Shown here piece by piece: positions 18,345 through 29,400 of a stretch of 64,000 nucleotides of DNA. Source of the stretch: a virus. The stretch is taken from IMG/VR virus record IMGVR_UViG_3300014838_000017, positions 1 to 64,000 of that record, one strand, 5' to 3'. The notes beneath the pieces are model-generated. The model searched no databases. It saw only the letters and a list, made by a program, of their open reading frames with translations, and was not told the origin of the DNA. A program made the translations under genes and the position numbers. Every line of letters begins with the position of its first letter. The stretch's first letter is position 1.

Positions 18345-21002
18345 ATGGCTTTTGACAACACACCAAATAGGTTAGAGGCAGCGTTCGTTCAACGAGACAC
18401 GTCTAACCAGTATTACGAGCAAATAAACATCTCCGGCTCGAACCTTATCGTGTACTTGGATGCGACTGGTTCTTTGACGGCTGATTCTGTTACTGTGTGG
18501 GCAGAAAAGTATGGGATTGGGACATCCACGACGGCATCATATGCATTAACTTCTTCATTTGCATTAAATGGAGGAGGTGGGGGAGGAGGGACATTTATTA
18601 CGGGAGCATCCTATCCTATAACTTCCTCATGGACACTTACAGCATCATATTTTAGTGGATCAACTTCGAATTCAAATTCATCCAGCTATGCCTTGACTGC
18701 TTCTTATGCATTGAATGGTGGTGGATCAAGTGTTTCGGCTAGCTGGGCAAGTCAAAGTTTAAGTGCATCATATGCATTAACTGCATCATTCGCATTAAAT
18801 GGAGGAGGTGGGGGTGGAACTTTTGTTACTGGGGCAACATATCAAATCACATCTAGTTGGGCTATTACCGCAAGTTATTTGAATAATATCAGTAACTCTA
18901 TCGCTGTATTAAGTGCTAGTTACGCTAATTCTGCAAGTATTGCTATAACAGCGTCATATGTGCCATCGGCAAGTTTGGCGGTTACGGCATCATATGTTCC
19001 ATCAGCAAGCATTGCGGTAACAGCGTCATATGTTCCATCGGCAAGCATTGCGGTAACAGCGTCATATGTTCCATCGGCAAGCATTGCGGTAACAGCATCA
19101 TATGCTCCATCGGCAAGCATTGCGGTAACAGCGTCATATGTGCTATCGGCTAGTTTGGGTATTTCTGCGTCATATGCGGCAACATCAAGTGTAACCCTTA
19201 CCACCATCACCGCTAGTTTTGCCATATCATCATCTTACGCCTATACCGCAAGTGTTGCTATAACCGCATCAAGTGTTCCATCTGCTAGTATAGCGATTAC
19301 GGCATCTTATGTACCATCATCCGTTTTTTCGATATACGCATTATCAGCAAGTTCAGCACAAAATGCATCATATGTACCATCGGCGAGCGTTGCTGTAACA
19401 GCATCATATGTTCTATCATCTAGTTTAAGTATAACATCGAGTTATACCCCATCAGCGAGTGTTTCTGTAACAGCATCATATGTATCATCAGCCATAGTTT
19501 CTGTAACAGCATCATATGTATCATCATCAACCTATTCAGTATATGCGTCTTCCGCAAGCATTGCGATAACAGCATCATATGTTCTATCATCTAGTTTAAG
19601 CATAACATCGAGTTATACCCCATCGGCTAGTTACGCTCAAACTTCTATATCATCAAGCTTTTCCATAACAGCATCATATGCTCCATCATCAAGCATTGCG
19701 GTAACAGCATCATATGCTCCATCATCAAGCATTGCGGTAACAGCGTCATATGCTCCATCGGCAAGTTTATCTGTTACAGCGTCATATGCTCCATCGGCTA
19801 GTTACGCTCAAACTTCTATATCATCAAGCTTTTCCATAACTGCATCATATGCTCCATCATCAAGCTTTTCCATAACAGCATCATATGTTCCATCATCAAG
19901 CATTGCGGTAACAGCATCATATGTTCCATCGGCAAGTTTATCTGTTACAGCGTCATATGCTCCATCTGCTAGTATTGCGATAACGGCATCTTACACGTCA
20001 ACATCAAGTTTTTCATTTGTTGCGGTATCATCAAGCTTTTCCATAACTGCATCATATGCTCCATCGGCAAGTTTATCTGTTACAGCATCTTACGTATCAT
20101 CAGCTAGTATTGCGGTAACTGCCTCATATGTATCATCATCCACCACATCTGTTACCTCAAGTTATTCTTCAACTGCAAGTTTTGCTATTACAACGTCATA
20201 TGCTATAACATCGAGTTATTCTTTAAATTCGACATCCGCAAGTGTTTCTATAACTGCATCATATGTGCCATCAGCTAGTTTTGCTATAACTGCATCAATT
20301 ACTCCAACGGCATCATTTATTATTAGTTCATCATATTCATTGACGGCATCCTTTGCGTTAAACGGTGGAGGTGGTGGAGGCGCATCATTAACCACCGGGT
20401 CTTTTTATTATATAACATCGAGTTGGGCATCAAGTTCCATTAACTCTTCGATGTCATATCAAGCAGTCACATCTTATTTATCAAATACAGCAACCACCGC
20501 AAGTTATGCCCTAAACTCTGCATTCGCATATTCATCAAGTTATGCCTCCACTGCAAGTGTTAGCATAATTACATTTGTAACACAATCAGTAATATCATCA
20601 TCATTTGCATCGTCGTCGGTGTCATCCAGTTATGTCCCACTTGGACGAGCTATAGTTCTTTGTTCTGCATATACCCCCCTTTTTAGCGGGGCCGATTTTG
20701 CGGAAATACCAATTCCATATTCTCCTACGGGTGGAAGTGTAACATGGAACATAAAACGTGCTACGTTAAGAGCACAATTTCCAGAATCAAATGTTACCGC
20801 AATAAATCTTGAATATTCTTCGGGGACTGGTGTATTTAATGCTACAGTCGTCGGAACCGTGATTTTAACTGCTGGGTCATACGAAGCTTCAAGTGGCCCA
20901 TTTACCACCATAGTAAATAGCGGGGATAAGGTTCGGTTCAATGTTATTATACTTGGTGCGGCACAGAACTGGACTGTAATAATGGAACTTTCCAATACAT
21001 AA
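18345..21002 (+). CDS. Long Ser/Ala/Thr-rich repeat fibre protein
   Basis: Dozens of 12-aa units (TASYVPSASIAV) between globular ends. TATTTATA at 18321-18328. Confidence 0.75.
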   Translation: MAFDNTPNRLEAAFVQRDTSNQYYEQINISGSNLIVYLDATGSLTADSVTVWAEKYGIGTSTTASYALTSSFALNGGGGGGGTFITGASYPITSSWTLTASYFSGSTSNSNSSSYALTASYALNGGGSSVSASWASQSLSASYALTASFALNGGGGGGTFVTGATYQITSSWAITASYLNNISNSIAVLSASYANSASIAITASYVPSASLAVTASYVPSASIAVTASYVPSASIAVTASYVPSASIAVTASYAPSASIAVTASYVLSASLGISASYAATSSVTLTTITASFAISSSYAYTASVAITASSVPSASIAITASYVPSSVFSIYALSASSAQNASYVPSASVAVTASYVLSSSLSITSSYTPSASVSVTASYVSSAIVSVTASYVSSSTYSVYASSASIAITASYVLSSSLSITSSYTPSASYAQTSISSSFSITASYAPSSSIAVTASYAPSSSIAVTASYAPSASLSVTASYAPSASYAQTSISSSFSITASYAPSSSFSITASYVPSSSIAVTASYVPSASLSVTASYAPSASIAITASYTSTSSFSFVAVSSSFSITASYAPSASLSVTASYVSSASIAVTASYVSSSTTSVTSSYSSTASFAITTSYAITSSYSLNSTSASVSITASYVPSASFAITASITPTASFIISSSYSLTASFALNGGGGGGASLTTGSFYYITSSWASSSINSSMSYQAVTSYLSNTATTASYALNSAFAYSSSYASTASVSIITFVTQSVISSSFASSSVSSSYVPLGRAIVLCSAYTPLFSGADFAEIPIPYSPTGGSVTWNIKRATLRAQFPESNVTAINLEYSSGTGVFNATVVGTVILTAGSYEASSGPFTTIVNSGDKVRFNVIILGAAQNWTVIMELSNT
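18930..20300 (+). repeat. Degenerate 36-bp tandem coding repeat array
   Basis: For example, gcaagcattgcggtaacagcgtcatatgttccatcg recurs at 36-nt period around 19006-19140. Higher-order blocks are duplicated at about 19620-19930. Confidence 0.9.
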
Positions 21003-21018
21003 CCCTATTTATCAATAT

Positions 21019-22089
21019 ATGGCTACATCTCAGTTTACAATCTACACATCTTCCGATGCCGGTGGTCCGGGGTTAATTACCGGCATTACTGGTTCATTAT
21101 TGAGCGTTCTTGATGCTTGCCTTGTGAATGGTTATGGCACACAACCGGGTGCGGGGTGGACAAAGCCATTTGCCAATTTCTCAGGAGCTTTGGGATGCTA
21201 TAAACAGCCAACGGGGTCGGCATTAACACTATTTGTCAATGACGGTGGTGGAAATTTATCGGCAGTGGGTCAAGAAGCGTGGGCATGTGGATATGAAGTC
21301 CTAACGTATTTGACGGGTTCGGGAAATGGTTCAGGCGTCATTTTTACGGGGTCATATGGAAATGGGCAGGGGTTTGGTCAATTTCCTCTTCCTTCTCAAC
21401 TACTATCCACGGGACACGTCGTATGGAGAAAGAGCACAAGTGCTAATACCGTAGGTAGGTCGTGGATTATTGCGGCTGATTCTTCGAGCATGTATTTGTG
21501 GATTCAGACAGGTGATACCGCAGGAATGTATTATCACGGTGCCTTTGGAGATTTTTATTCGTTAAAAGGACCAACTGATTTATACCGATGTCATATATAT
21601 GGACGTAATGTTGAAAATACAAATGGTGGTGCTTCGAGTGCTCAGGATTGGACCGATTCATTATCTGCTTGGAATAATAATAACCTAAATGCATTGACGA
21701 TTGCTCAACCCGGGCATTTCTTAGATCGAAATTCGGGTGGAAGTGGAGCAAGTATTGCTTATACTAAAAAAGGAGATTCTGGACTTGGGGGTAGTTGTCA
21801 AAATAACACTCCGGCATCTGTTCCAATCCAAGGGATTTTACAAACCCCAAATGGGGCGGATAATTCATTGTACTTATCTCCGATATGGATCGTCGAACCA
21901 TTAAATCTTTCGTATCGTGGAAGATTGCGTGGAATTGTTCAAATATGTCATCCTACCTCTAACTTTTCAGATGGTCAGATCATTCAAGGATCAGGAGACT
22001 ATAATGGAAAATCATATATAATTATTAAACAAGGCCCTACTTCCGGAATGTGGGGGCTTGAAACCTCTCCTACAGTGGAAACGAATTAA
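21019..22089 (+). CDS. Tail-associated protein, paralogue 1 of 4
   Basis: FTIYTSSDAG.P...G..GSL..VLDACLVNGY...GW.KP N-terminus and RG.LRG...HP..NF.DGQ C-terminus. Confidence 0.7.
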   Translation: MATSQFTIYTSSDAGGPGLITGITGSLLSVLDACLVNGYGTQPGAGWTKPFANFSGALGCYKQPTGSALTLFVNDGGGNLSAVGQEAWACGYEVLTYLTGSGNGSGVIFTGSYGNGQGFGQFPLPSQLLSTGHVVWRKSTSANTVGRSWIIAADSSSMYLWIQTGDTAGMYYHGAFGDFYSLKGPTDLYRCHIYGRNVENTNGGASSAQDWTDSLSAWNNNNLNALTIAQPGHFLDRNSGGSGASIAYTKKGDSGLGGSCQNNTPASVPIQGILQTPNGADNSLYLSPIWIVEPLNLSYRGRLRGIVQICHPTSNFSDGQIIQGSGDYNGKSYIIIKQGPTSGMWGLETSPTVETN

Positions 22090-22092
22090 TTT

Positions 22093-23130
22093 ATGGCGAC
22101 ATCACAATTTACAATTTATACATCTGCGGATGTAGGTGGTCCAGGTCCAATATATGGAAATAGTGGTTCTTTGATAACAGTATTGAATGCTTGTCTTGTA
22201 ACTGGTTATAGCGAAAAACCTGCGGCTGGATGGTTAAAACCATTAACTGATAGTAGTAGTTATGCTTGTTATCAACAACCATCTGGTTCCAAGTTTACCA
22301 TGTTTGTAAATGATAATTTCATTCAATCTGGAATGGAGGCATCATTTACGGGATGGGCAAATATGACATCATTAACAGGATCGGGAAATCCGTCAGCAGA
22401 TTCAAATGTTGGTGCTGGCTATGGACAGTTTCCCTTACCTCAACAATCGATTACAGTTGGAAAGGTAATGATAAGAAAAAGTAGTACTTCGGATACAACA
22501 TCGGCAAGAACTTGGATTATTGCTGCCGATAATTATACGATGTATATTTGGATATTAGCTGGAGATACCGCAGGATACTATTCACATGTAACATTTGGAG
22601 ATTTTTATTCTTTATATGGAGCATCCGATGTTGGAAGATGTATGATAAAGGGACGTGCGGGAGAAGGCAGTCCTAATAATCAATATGATTTTACGGATGT
22701 AATGTCGATGGGGATTTATAATGCGATCAATTATTTAACTATTCCTTTTCCTGGAAATTATTTAGCAAAAAGCGCAGCTGGAACGGGCCAAAGCATTGGA
22801 AATACGATAAAAGGAGATGCGCTTGTAGCATATGGGCTTCAGGGAAATTATCCATATGGATGTTCATTTGGAGGACAGCTCACATCACCAAATCCAACCG
22901 ATAATAATTTATACTTATCATATTTATGGGTTGTTGACCCATCCAACTCCAGTTTGCGTGGAAAATATAGAGGAATCTATCAATTGTGTCACAATCCTTC
23001 AAATTTTGTGGATGGACAGCCGATTGTAGGAAGTGGAACCTTTGCCGGGAAAACATTTTTGATAATAAAAGGAGGATATAATCTTGGAATGTGGTGCCTT
23101 GAAACATCGAATACAGTTTTAACTAATTAA
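22093..23130 (+). CDS. Tail-associated protein, paralogue 2 of 4
   Basis: Same conserved blocks as 21019-22089. Confidence 0.7.
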   Translation: MATSQFTIYTSADVGGPGPIYGNSGSLITVLNACLVTGYSEKPAAGWLKPLTDSSSYACYQQPSGSKFTMFVNDNFIQSGMEASFTGWANMTSLTGSGNPSADSNVGAGYGQFPLPQQSITVGKVMIRKSSTSDTTSARTWIIAADNYTMYIWILAGDTAGYYSHVTFGDFYSLYGASDVGRCMIKGRAGEGSPNNQYDFTDVMSMGIYNAINYLTIPFPGNYLAKSAAGTGQSIGNTIKGDALVAYGLQGNYPYGCSFGGQLTSPNPTDNNLYLSYLWVVDPSNSSLRGKYRGIYQLCHNPSNFVDGQPIVGSGTFAGKTFLIIKGGYNLGMWCLETSNTVLTN

Positions 23131-23134
23131 TATC

Positions 23135-24184
23135 ATGCCTTCATCACAATTTACAATCTACACTGCTGCCGATCCATATGGTCCAGGATACATGCATGGA
23201 AATAGTGGATCATTAGTGTCCATATTAAATGCCTGTCTCGTTAATGGATATACAGGTAAACCCGCCGCAGGATGGACTAAACCATTACCAGATGTCTCTG
23301 GAGTATATGCTTGTTATAAACAAGCAACTGGGTCAAACATGACCTTATTTATAAATGATAATGGACCAAATGTAACTTCTTTGGGATCGGAAGCGTGGGC
23401 AGTTGGATGGGAAAGTATGACTTCTCTAACGTCGGGGTCGGCAAATACAAATAATGGTGTGGGAACGACCTCATTTCCAACACCAATACAATCTTTAAGT
23501 GGACATGTAGTTTGGAAAAAAAGTAATACGATTGACAATACCACAAATAGATATTGGATTCTAGCAGCCGATTCAAGTTCCATGTATTTATGGGTTCAGA
23601 CCGGGGATAATTCTGCCACGGCATATTATCACGCATCATTTGGTGATTGTTATTCATTAGTAGGGTCAAGCGATAAATGGAAATGTTATATTATGGGGAG
23701 ATATGTGGAAAATACTACTAACATTGGTGGTGTTGATTGGACTGATGGTTTACCAACCACTACAGACCCATACTATAGTAGTAATGGATTATCTACCCCT
23801 CAGCCGGGACATTATTTAGCCAGGACTGCTTGGGGAGGTGGAACATCTCTATCATTCGCAAAACGAGGAGATTCCGGAGTAACCCAAGGATATGCAAATA
23901 CATCTTTTCCTATATGTGCACAAATAAACGGAGTGCTGGGATGTCCAAATTCATCGGATGGACAACTTTATATGTGTCCATTGTGGCTGGCCGAACCCGG
24001 AGTTTTGCTTAGAGGAAGATTTAGAGGGTTATATCAAGTGGGGCATCCTTCCACAATGTTTTCTGATGGACAAGTAATCCAAGGTGCGAATGATTATGCA
24101 GGAAAAACATTTATGATCGTTCACCAGAGTTATTATGGTAGTTATTGGGCATTAGAGATTTCAAACACCGTGGAGACAAATTAA
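23135..24184 (+). CDS. Tail-associated protein, paralogue 3 of 4
   Basis: Same conserved blocks as 21019-22089. Confidence 0.7.
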   Translation: MPSSQFTIYTAADPYGPGYMHGNSGSLVSILNACLVNGYTGKPAAGWTKPLPDVSGVYACYKQATGSNMTLFINDNGPNVTSLGSEAWAVGWESMTSLTSGSANTNNGVGTTSFPTPIQSLSGHVVWKKSNTIDNTTNRYWILAADSSSMYLWVQTGDNSATAYYHASFGDCYSLVGSSDKWKCYIMGRYVENTTNIGGVDWTDGLPTTTDPYYSSNGLSTPQPGHYLARTAWGGGTSLSFAKRGDSGVTQGYANTSFPICAQINGVLGCPNSSDGQLYMCPLWLAEPGVLLRGRFRGLYQVGHPSTMFSDGQVIQGANDYAGKTFMIVHQSYYGSYWALEISNTVETN

Positions 24185-24185
24185 T

Positions 24186-25172
24186 ATGGCTCAGTTTACA
24201 ATATATAAATCATCCGATGCATCATCTCCTATACTATATGGTACGACCGGGAGTCTATTAGTTGTTCTAGATGCTTGTTTAGTTAATGGATATGGAACAA
24301 AACCTGCTGCTGGATGGTTGAAGCCGATTGTCAATGCAACGGGTAATGGATCACCGATCTATGGGTGTTATCAACAACCAACCGGTTCTGGACTGACACT
24401 ATTTATTAATGATAATAGTCCAAACCAATCAGCTCTTGGAACTGAAGCGTGGGCGACTGGATGGGAGAGTTTATCTAATTTGGGGGTCTCCCCTAACACC
24501 AATGGAACTGGATCGGGACAGTTTCCAACACCTGCACAATCTCTTACCTCGGGACATGTTGTAATTCGGAAAAGTGCAACGAATGATTCGAGTAGTGTAA
24601 GACAATGGATTGTTGCCGCAGATTCCAGTTCATTCTATATGTTTATGTCTACCGGAGATACGGCGACTATGTATTATGATTTCGCATTTGGAGATATTTA
24701 TTCATTCAACACGACGGCTGATTCTTATAAATGTATTATCATTGGTAGAAATACAGAAAACACATCTACGGTAACAGATGATGGTTTAGATGCCTTTACA
24801 GCTTTAAATACACCAACGATTGGAAACTATATGGCACGGAGTTTTACCGGCTTGGGGACATCCGTTCAAGTTGGAAAACATGGAGATGGAGTTAAAGGAA
24901 GTTCATATTTTTATGGAAGTATTTTATATCCAAATCCATCCGATAGCGCATTATATTTAAGTCCCATATGGGTAGTTGAACCTTCATCTCCAACAATTCG
25001 AGGACAACTGCGTGGGTTATATCAACCCTTACACGCATCTACTAACTTTACGGATGGACAAATAATTAGTGGATCATTAGATTATAACGGAAAAATGTTC
25101 GAAGTAATCCGAGAATCTCCCAATGCAGGTGCATTTGTAATAGAAATAAGTAATACGTTATTAACTAACTAA
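24186..25172 (+). CDS. Tail-associated protein, paralogue 4 of 4
   Basis: Same conserved blocks as 21019-22089. Confidence 0.7.
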   Translation: MAQFTIYKSSDASSPILYGTTGSLLVVLDACLVNGYGTKPAAGWLKPIVNATGNGSPIYGCYQQPTGSGLTLFINDNSPNQSALGTEAWATGWESLSNLGVSPNTNGTGSGQFPTPAQSLTSGHVVIRKSATNDSSSVRQWIVAADSSSFYMFMSTGDTATMYYDFAFGDIYSFNTTADSYKCIIIGRNTENTSTVTDDGLDAFTALNTPTIGNYMARSFTGLGTSVQVGKHGDGVKGSSYFYGSILYPNPSDSALYLSPIWVVEPSSPTIRGQLRGLYQPLHASTNFTDGQIISGSLDYNGKMFEVIRESPNAGAFVIEISNTLLTN

Positions 25173-25173
25173 A

Positions 25174-25818
25174 ATGCCATCAACCCAATTTGTAAGAGGA
25201 AACGATACTTCCAGAACGGGAGTTGGGGCGACTGTTATTTGGGATAGGCAAATGGAAGCATCTATAAATCCAACAGTATCTATTATTCAGGATCGATTGT
25301 TAGATACATCTGCATTGGGGGCTACTATGACGAGAGATCGGAGTGGAGAACCAGGAGTTACTTCTTATTTAAGAGGATTAGCATTTGGGTCTCCAACCAG
25401 TTTGGATGGACAGGGAAGTTTTGGACGCCATATGCAAGTTGGTATAAATAAAGATGTTAACATAGGAAATCCATCAGCACCATCATTAAGACTTGATACT
25501 GTGGGGTTTTGGAGATTCCGATGGGTTGTCAATCCTGGATCACGGAGAATATCGGCGTTGTCTCAACAACAAGCAGCGAGTGGTTCATATACACCATCGA
25601 TGGTTATAAAAGCAAATCCAAATATTGGGTTAAATTTCGATGTTTCCGCATCTGCTGCGACTATAGCAGGATGGACAAGTATTGGACCATTAATGTTTAA
25701 TGCTACAGCACAAGATGTAGTATGGGTTGAACTACATAATAATAATATGAATGTACCAAATATAAACGGAAGTTTAGTTACATATCCAGCATACTTCGAC
25801 CATATAGTGGTCGCTTAA
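25174..25818 (+). CDS. Hypothetical virion protein (beta-rich C-terminus)
   Basis: 214 aa ORF starting 1 nt after paralogue 4. Confidence 0.6.
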   Translation: MPSTQFVRGNDTSRTGVGATVIWDRQMEASINPTVSIIQDRLLDTSALGATMTRDRSGEPGVTSYLRGLAFGSPTSLDGQGSFGRHMQVGINKDVNIGNPSAPSLRLDTVGFWRFRWVVNPGSRRISALSQQQAASGSYTPSMVIKANPNIGLNFDVSASAATIAGWTSIGPLMFNATAQDVVWVELHNNNMNVPNINGSLVTYPAYFDHIVVA

Positions 25819-25821
25819 TAT

Positions 25822-26001
25822 ATGGCACAACAACCAAATCCCAATGAGTTCAAAGTTTGGCAAAATCAGACTCCCGTAGTTAATATTAATACGGATTTAG
25901 AGTTTAATGTTTGGCAAAATCAGACTCCCAATGCCGACATTGATGAGAGTTATCCTATAACCCCCACACAAACAATGCGTCGAAGAGTTATGGAGTTTTA
26001 A
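25822..26001 (+). CDS. 59-aa protein with duplicated EF.VWQNQTP motif (absent from the ORF track)
   Basis: MAQQPNPNEFKVWQNQTPVVNINTDLEFNVWQNQTPNADIDESYPITPTQTMRRRVMEF*. Starts 3 nt after the upstream stop. Confidence 0.65.
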   Translation: MAQQPNPNEFKVWQNQTPVVNINTDLEFNVWQNQTPNADIDESYPITPTQTMRRRVMEF

Positions 26002-26046
26002 AAATGTTGTGTAATGTTTTCAGAATCATACAAATATTTATATCAT

Positions 26047-26352
26047 ATGTCACAAACTAAAAAACTTACAGACGCCGAGTTCTCCGAAATAAAAATGCTG
26101 CAAGGCAAATTTCAGGAGAGTATTTTCAAGATGGGAAATCAACAAGTTCAAAAAATGGAACTTGACCGTCTTGTAACAGAATTTGTTGAAAACGAAAAGA
26201 AACTGAAGGACGAGTGGCAATCACTCCAAAAGCTTGAACGAGGTCTCCTTGACAAGCTCATCCAGAAGTATGGAGAAGGAAGTTTAAACATGACAGATGG
26301 GACGATGATAACTCCTGATTCTGTGGTCACAAGTGAACAGAGAAAGGTATAA
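26047..26352 (+). CDS. Coiled-coil hypothetical protein preceding the sheath gene
   Basis: Helical ORF ending KYGEGSLN..DG. TATTTATA at 26035-26042. Confidence 0.7.
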   Translation: MSQTKKLTDAEFSEIKMLQGKFQESIFKMGNQQVQKMELDRLVTEFVENEKKLKDEWQSLQKLERGLLDKLIQKYGEGSLNMTDGTMITPDSVVTSEQRKV

Positions 26353-26440
26353 ATATTTGCATCTTCGTTTTTTTGACATATATTTATAAACTGAAAATAT
26401 AAACTTTCTCTATCAACAATATTGAAAGAAGGATCATAAT

Positions 26441-29400
26441 ATGCCAATAGTTCAAGGTGGATACTTTTCGCCAGATAATAACATCGTCAGCCCGGGTGTA
26501 TTCACCCGAGAAATAGACCAGTCGCAAGTTGCCCAAGGTGTGGCTCAAATTGGCGGTGTCGTAGTGGCCCCATTCGCCCAAGGACCGGGATTTACGCCGA
26601 CCGTTTGCAACTCTGTCGCCCAACTCCAATCACAATTCGGTATTCCTGACGGAACTCTTTACGGACCATATACCGCAACCCAATATCTCCAAGAGAAGGG
26701 ATTCGTTACTGTGTGCCGTGTTGGTGCTATTACAGGATATTGGCAGCGTTATCCGTGGTTCATTTGGGCAGAAGAAGGTGTATGGACCCGTGCTAATGAC
26801 GGTGGATGGACCAATCCATTAGCGTCTACGATTTCTTTCGCCGGTGCTTATTACTCTGGATCGTTCACAACTCCATATTCCGTAGCTACCACTGTTAGCT
26901 ATTCTGCAAACATAACTCAATCGGTCTTGACGATCACGAGTGGTTTGTTCATGTCTTCATTGCTATCATCGTCCATTTCTTACGGTGTGATTTCCGCATC
27001 TAAGCAACAAGTCACCCAAAGCTTATACTACGCTGGATCGAGTATCACGGGAGCAATTATATTCCCTAACTCGGTAGCTTCTATAACGTTGCAAGCAGGT
27101 GCTGCCACTGGTGTTGATTCCTTCGCTCCAAACATCACTAACTCATATTCTGTTCCAAATAGTGGTTCCTCCTTGTATAACGGAGATTCAATCACTGGAT
27201 ATGTAACGGGATACTTCCCAATCACAAGTTCGATTAACTTGAACGTGTCTGTTAGCTTCAATTCGGCATCTATTGTGACCGAACTCCTCGGGGAACAAAA
27301 AGTAGTTGGAAACATCCAACTTCAGTATGTTTATGAGGGAAGCAGCAGTAACTTTAATGTAACGACCGATCCATTTGAAAACGCTGGATTTAGTAACTTG
27401 TCTACTACACAAATAAGTCAGTCACTTGACTTCTGCAATAATCCTACGATCAACTTCTTGGCTTTGCTTGAAGGTGGAATTGGAAATTATAATGGACAAT
27501 TTTCTCCAGGTTCCAACGTCACTTACGATCAATGTACGAAGACGTGGGTTGGTAGTGGTTCGGCTTATAAGGTGCTCGCAGTTCTTGCAAATACTGAATT
27601 TGCAGGTCTTGGGACTAACCTCCAAGAATCTGGATTCTATAACTCGGCCATGAGTTACAGCCCATCCATATCTGGAAGTAATTTCATTAATCATCAATTC
27701 AACTTGCAGTTGAGTAATTCATTGGGTGGTGGATATGGAACATATAACTTCTCACTTTCTCCTAACGATCCTCAATACATCACAAATGTATTTGGAAATA
27801 CTGCACAAGCTGGAAATCCATTGACCTATGCTCAGGGAACCAAGATTGAAGCCGCCTATATTTACTCCATCTTCCAAGATGACATTACGGTTGTTACTTC
27901 GAACCCAGTAAACTGGAAAGTTCATGGAACTGTGATGCCTTCAGGATCATGGATTGATGAGGCTCTTAACTTCACAGATCAATATTCATTGGACCCCGCA
28001 TCTGGTGATTCGCAGTATTCTTTGACGAACGCCACAACTCCTTGGGTTGTCTCTCAACAGATTTCTCCTTGGAATGGTGGACTTCCACATCGTTTCGAAC
28101 TATTTCAGTTCGCAACTTTGTCTGACGGAACTTACACCAATCAACAGTTCAAGATTGAAATCAGCAACATTAAACTTGCTGGAACAGTAGCAGGAAGTGA
28201 TTGGGGAACGTTCGATGTAATCGTTCGATCTTACAGTGACACGGACAAGAAACCAATTACTCTTGAAACATTCAAGGGTTGCACACTTGATCCAACCTCC
28301 ACACAGTTTATCGGACGTGCAATTGGTGACCGATACAATTATATTCGCTACGATGGAAAGATCGTCGAATTTGGAACTTACAGCAACAACAGTACAAACA
28401 TTCGTGTTATTGTGGCAACCAATCCATATCCATTAACGGCAGTGCCATACGGTTTCGAGGCATATACAACTCCCGTAGCTGGGGAGATGGGTCAATGGTG
28501 CAATCCAGTTGCTTATTCCCGTGCTTCTCTCTACAGTGAGAATCCCGGCAAGTATCCATCTGGTATTGACTTCCAAGGACCACCCGCTGGTGCTGATGCT
28601 GAGTTAACCGCATTATATCCAACATCTTCTGCGGGTGTAGGACACTGGCAGGATAATGAACAATATTTCACCCCAGTTCCAGTTGGTGCCACGGTTGGCA
28701 GTAACTTAACATTTGCACTTGATGCATATGATGGTTTGAATGGTGTAGGAACAGGTTCGTTGCTCAATCCAAATTTGGGTGGTAATGTTCCATCCATCTA
28801 TGATGCAGCAAATGAACCAACTTACATCAAGATGCGCTCGTTTGTATTCGGATTCCAAGGTGGATTCGATGGACAAGACCCAGCAATCGAATTGAACATT
28901 GGTGAAAGTATTACTGCTGGTAACACTCAAGGTTTGAACTGCGCTACTAGCACGACCGCAGGTTCGATAGCTTACGCTCAGTGTATCGGTGCTCTCGGAA
29001 ATGCCGATGAGTTCGACATAAACCTTATCGTAACGCCAGGTATCATCTACTCACTCCATCCATATGTGACCAACCTCGTGGTTGAAATGTGCGAGACCCG
29101 GGGAGATTGTTTCTACATTCTCGATCTTTATCTCGACACAGGCAACCCCGGCGAAGGACAGATTGACCAAGTTGTTTCTCTCGCAAGTGAGTTTGACACG
29201 AACTATGCAGGAACTTACTATCCTTGGATTAAGATTCTGGATACAAATACAAATGATATTGTAATTGTTCCTCCATCTGTAGTAATCCCCGCAGTTTATG
29301 CATCCAATGACCGTGTTGCTGCTGAATGGTGGGCTGCTGCTGGTCTTAATCGTGGTGGTATTCCACAGGCAACGCAAGTAACCGACCGCACGACGCATTT

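Noticed and set aside
18930-20300. 36-bp periodic repeats resembling a CRISPR array
   Set aside because: There are no unique spacers. The units are contiguous, in frame and vary mostly at synonymous positions, so this is a coding repeat.
21019-25172. Diversity-generating retroelement or shufflon behind the four paralogues
   Set aside because: I found no reverse transcriptase or recombinase, no near-identical TR/VR pair with A-specific changes, and no inverted crossover sites.
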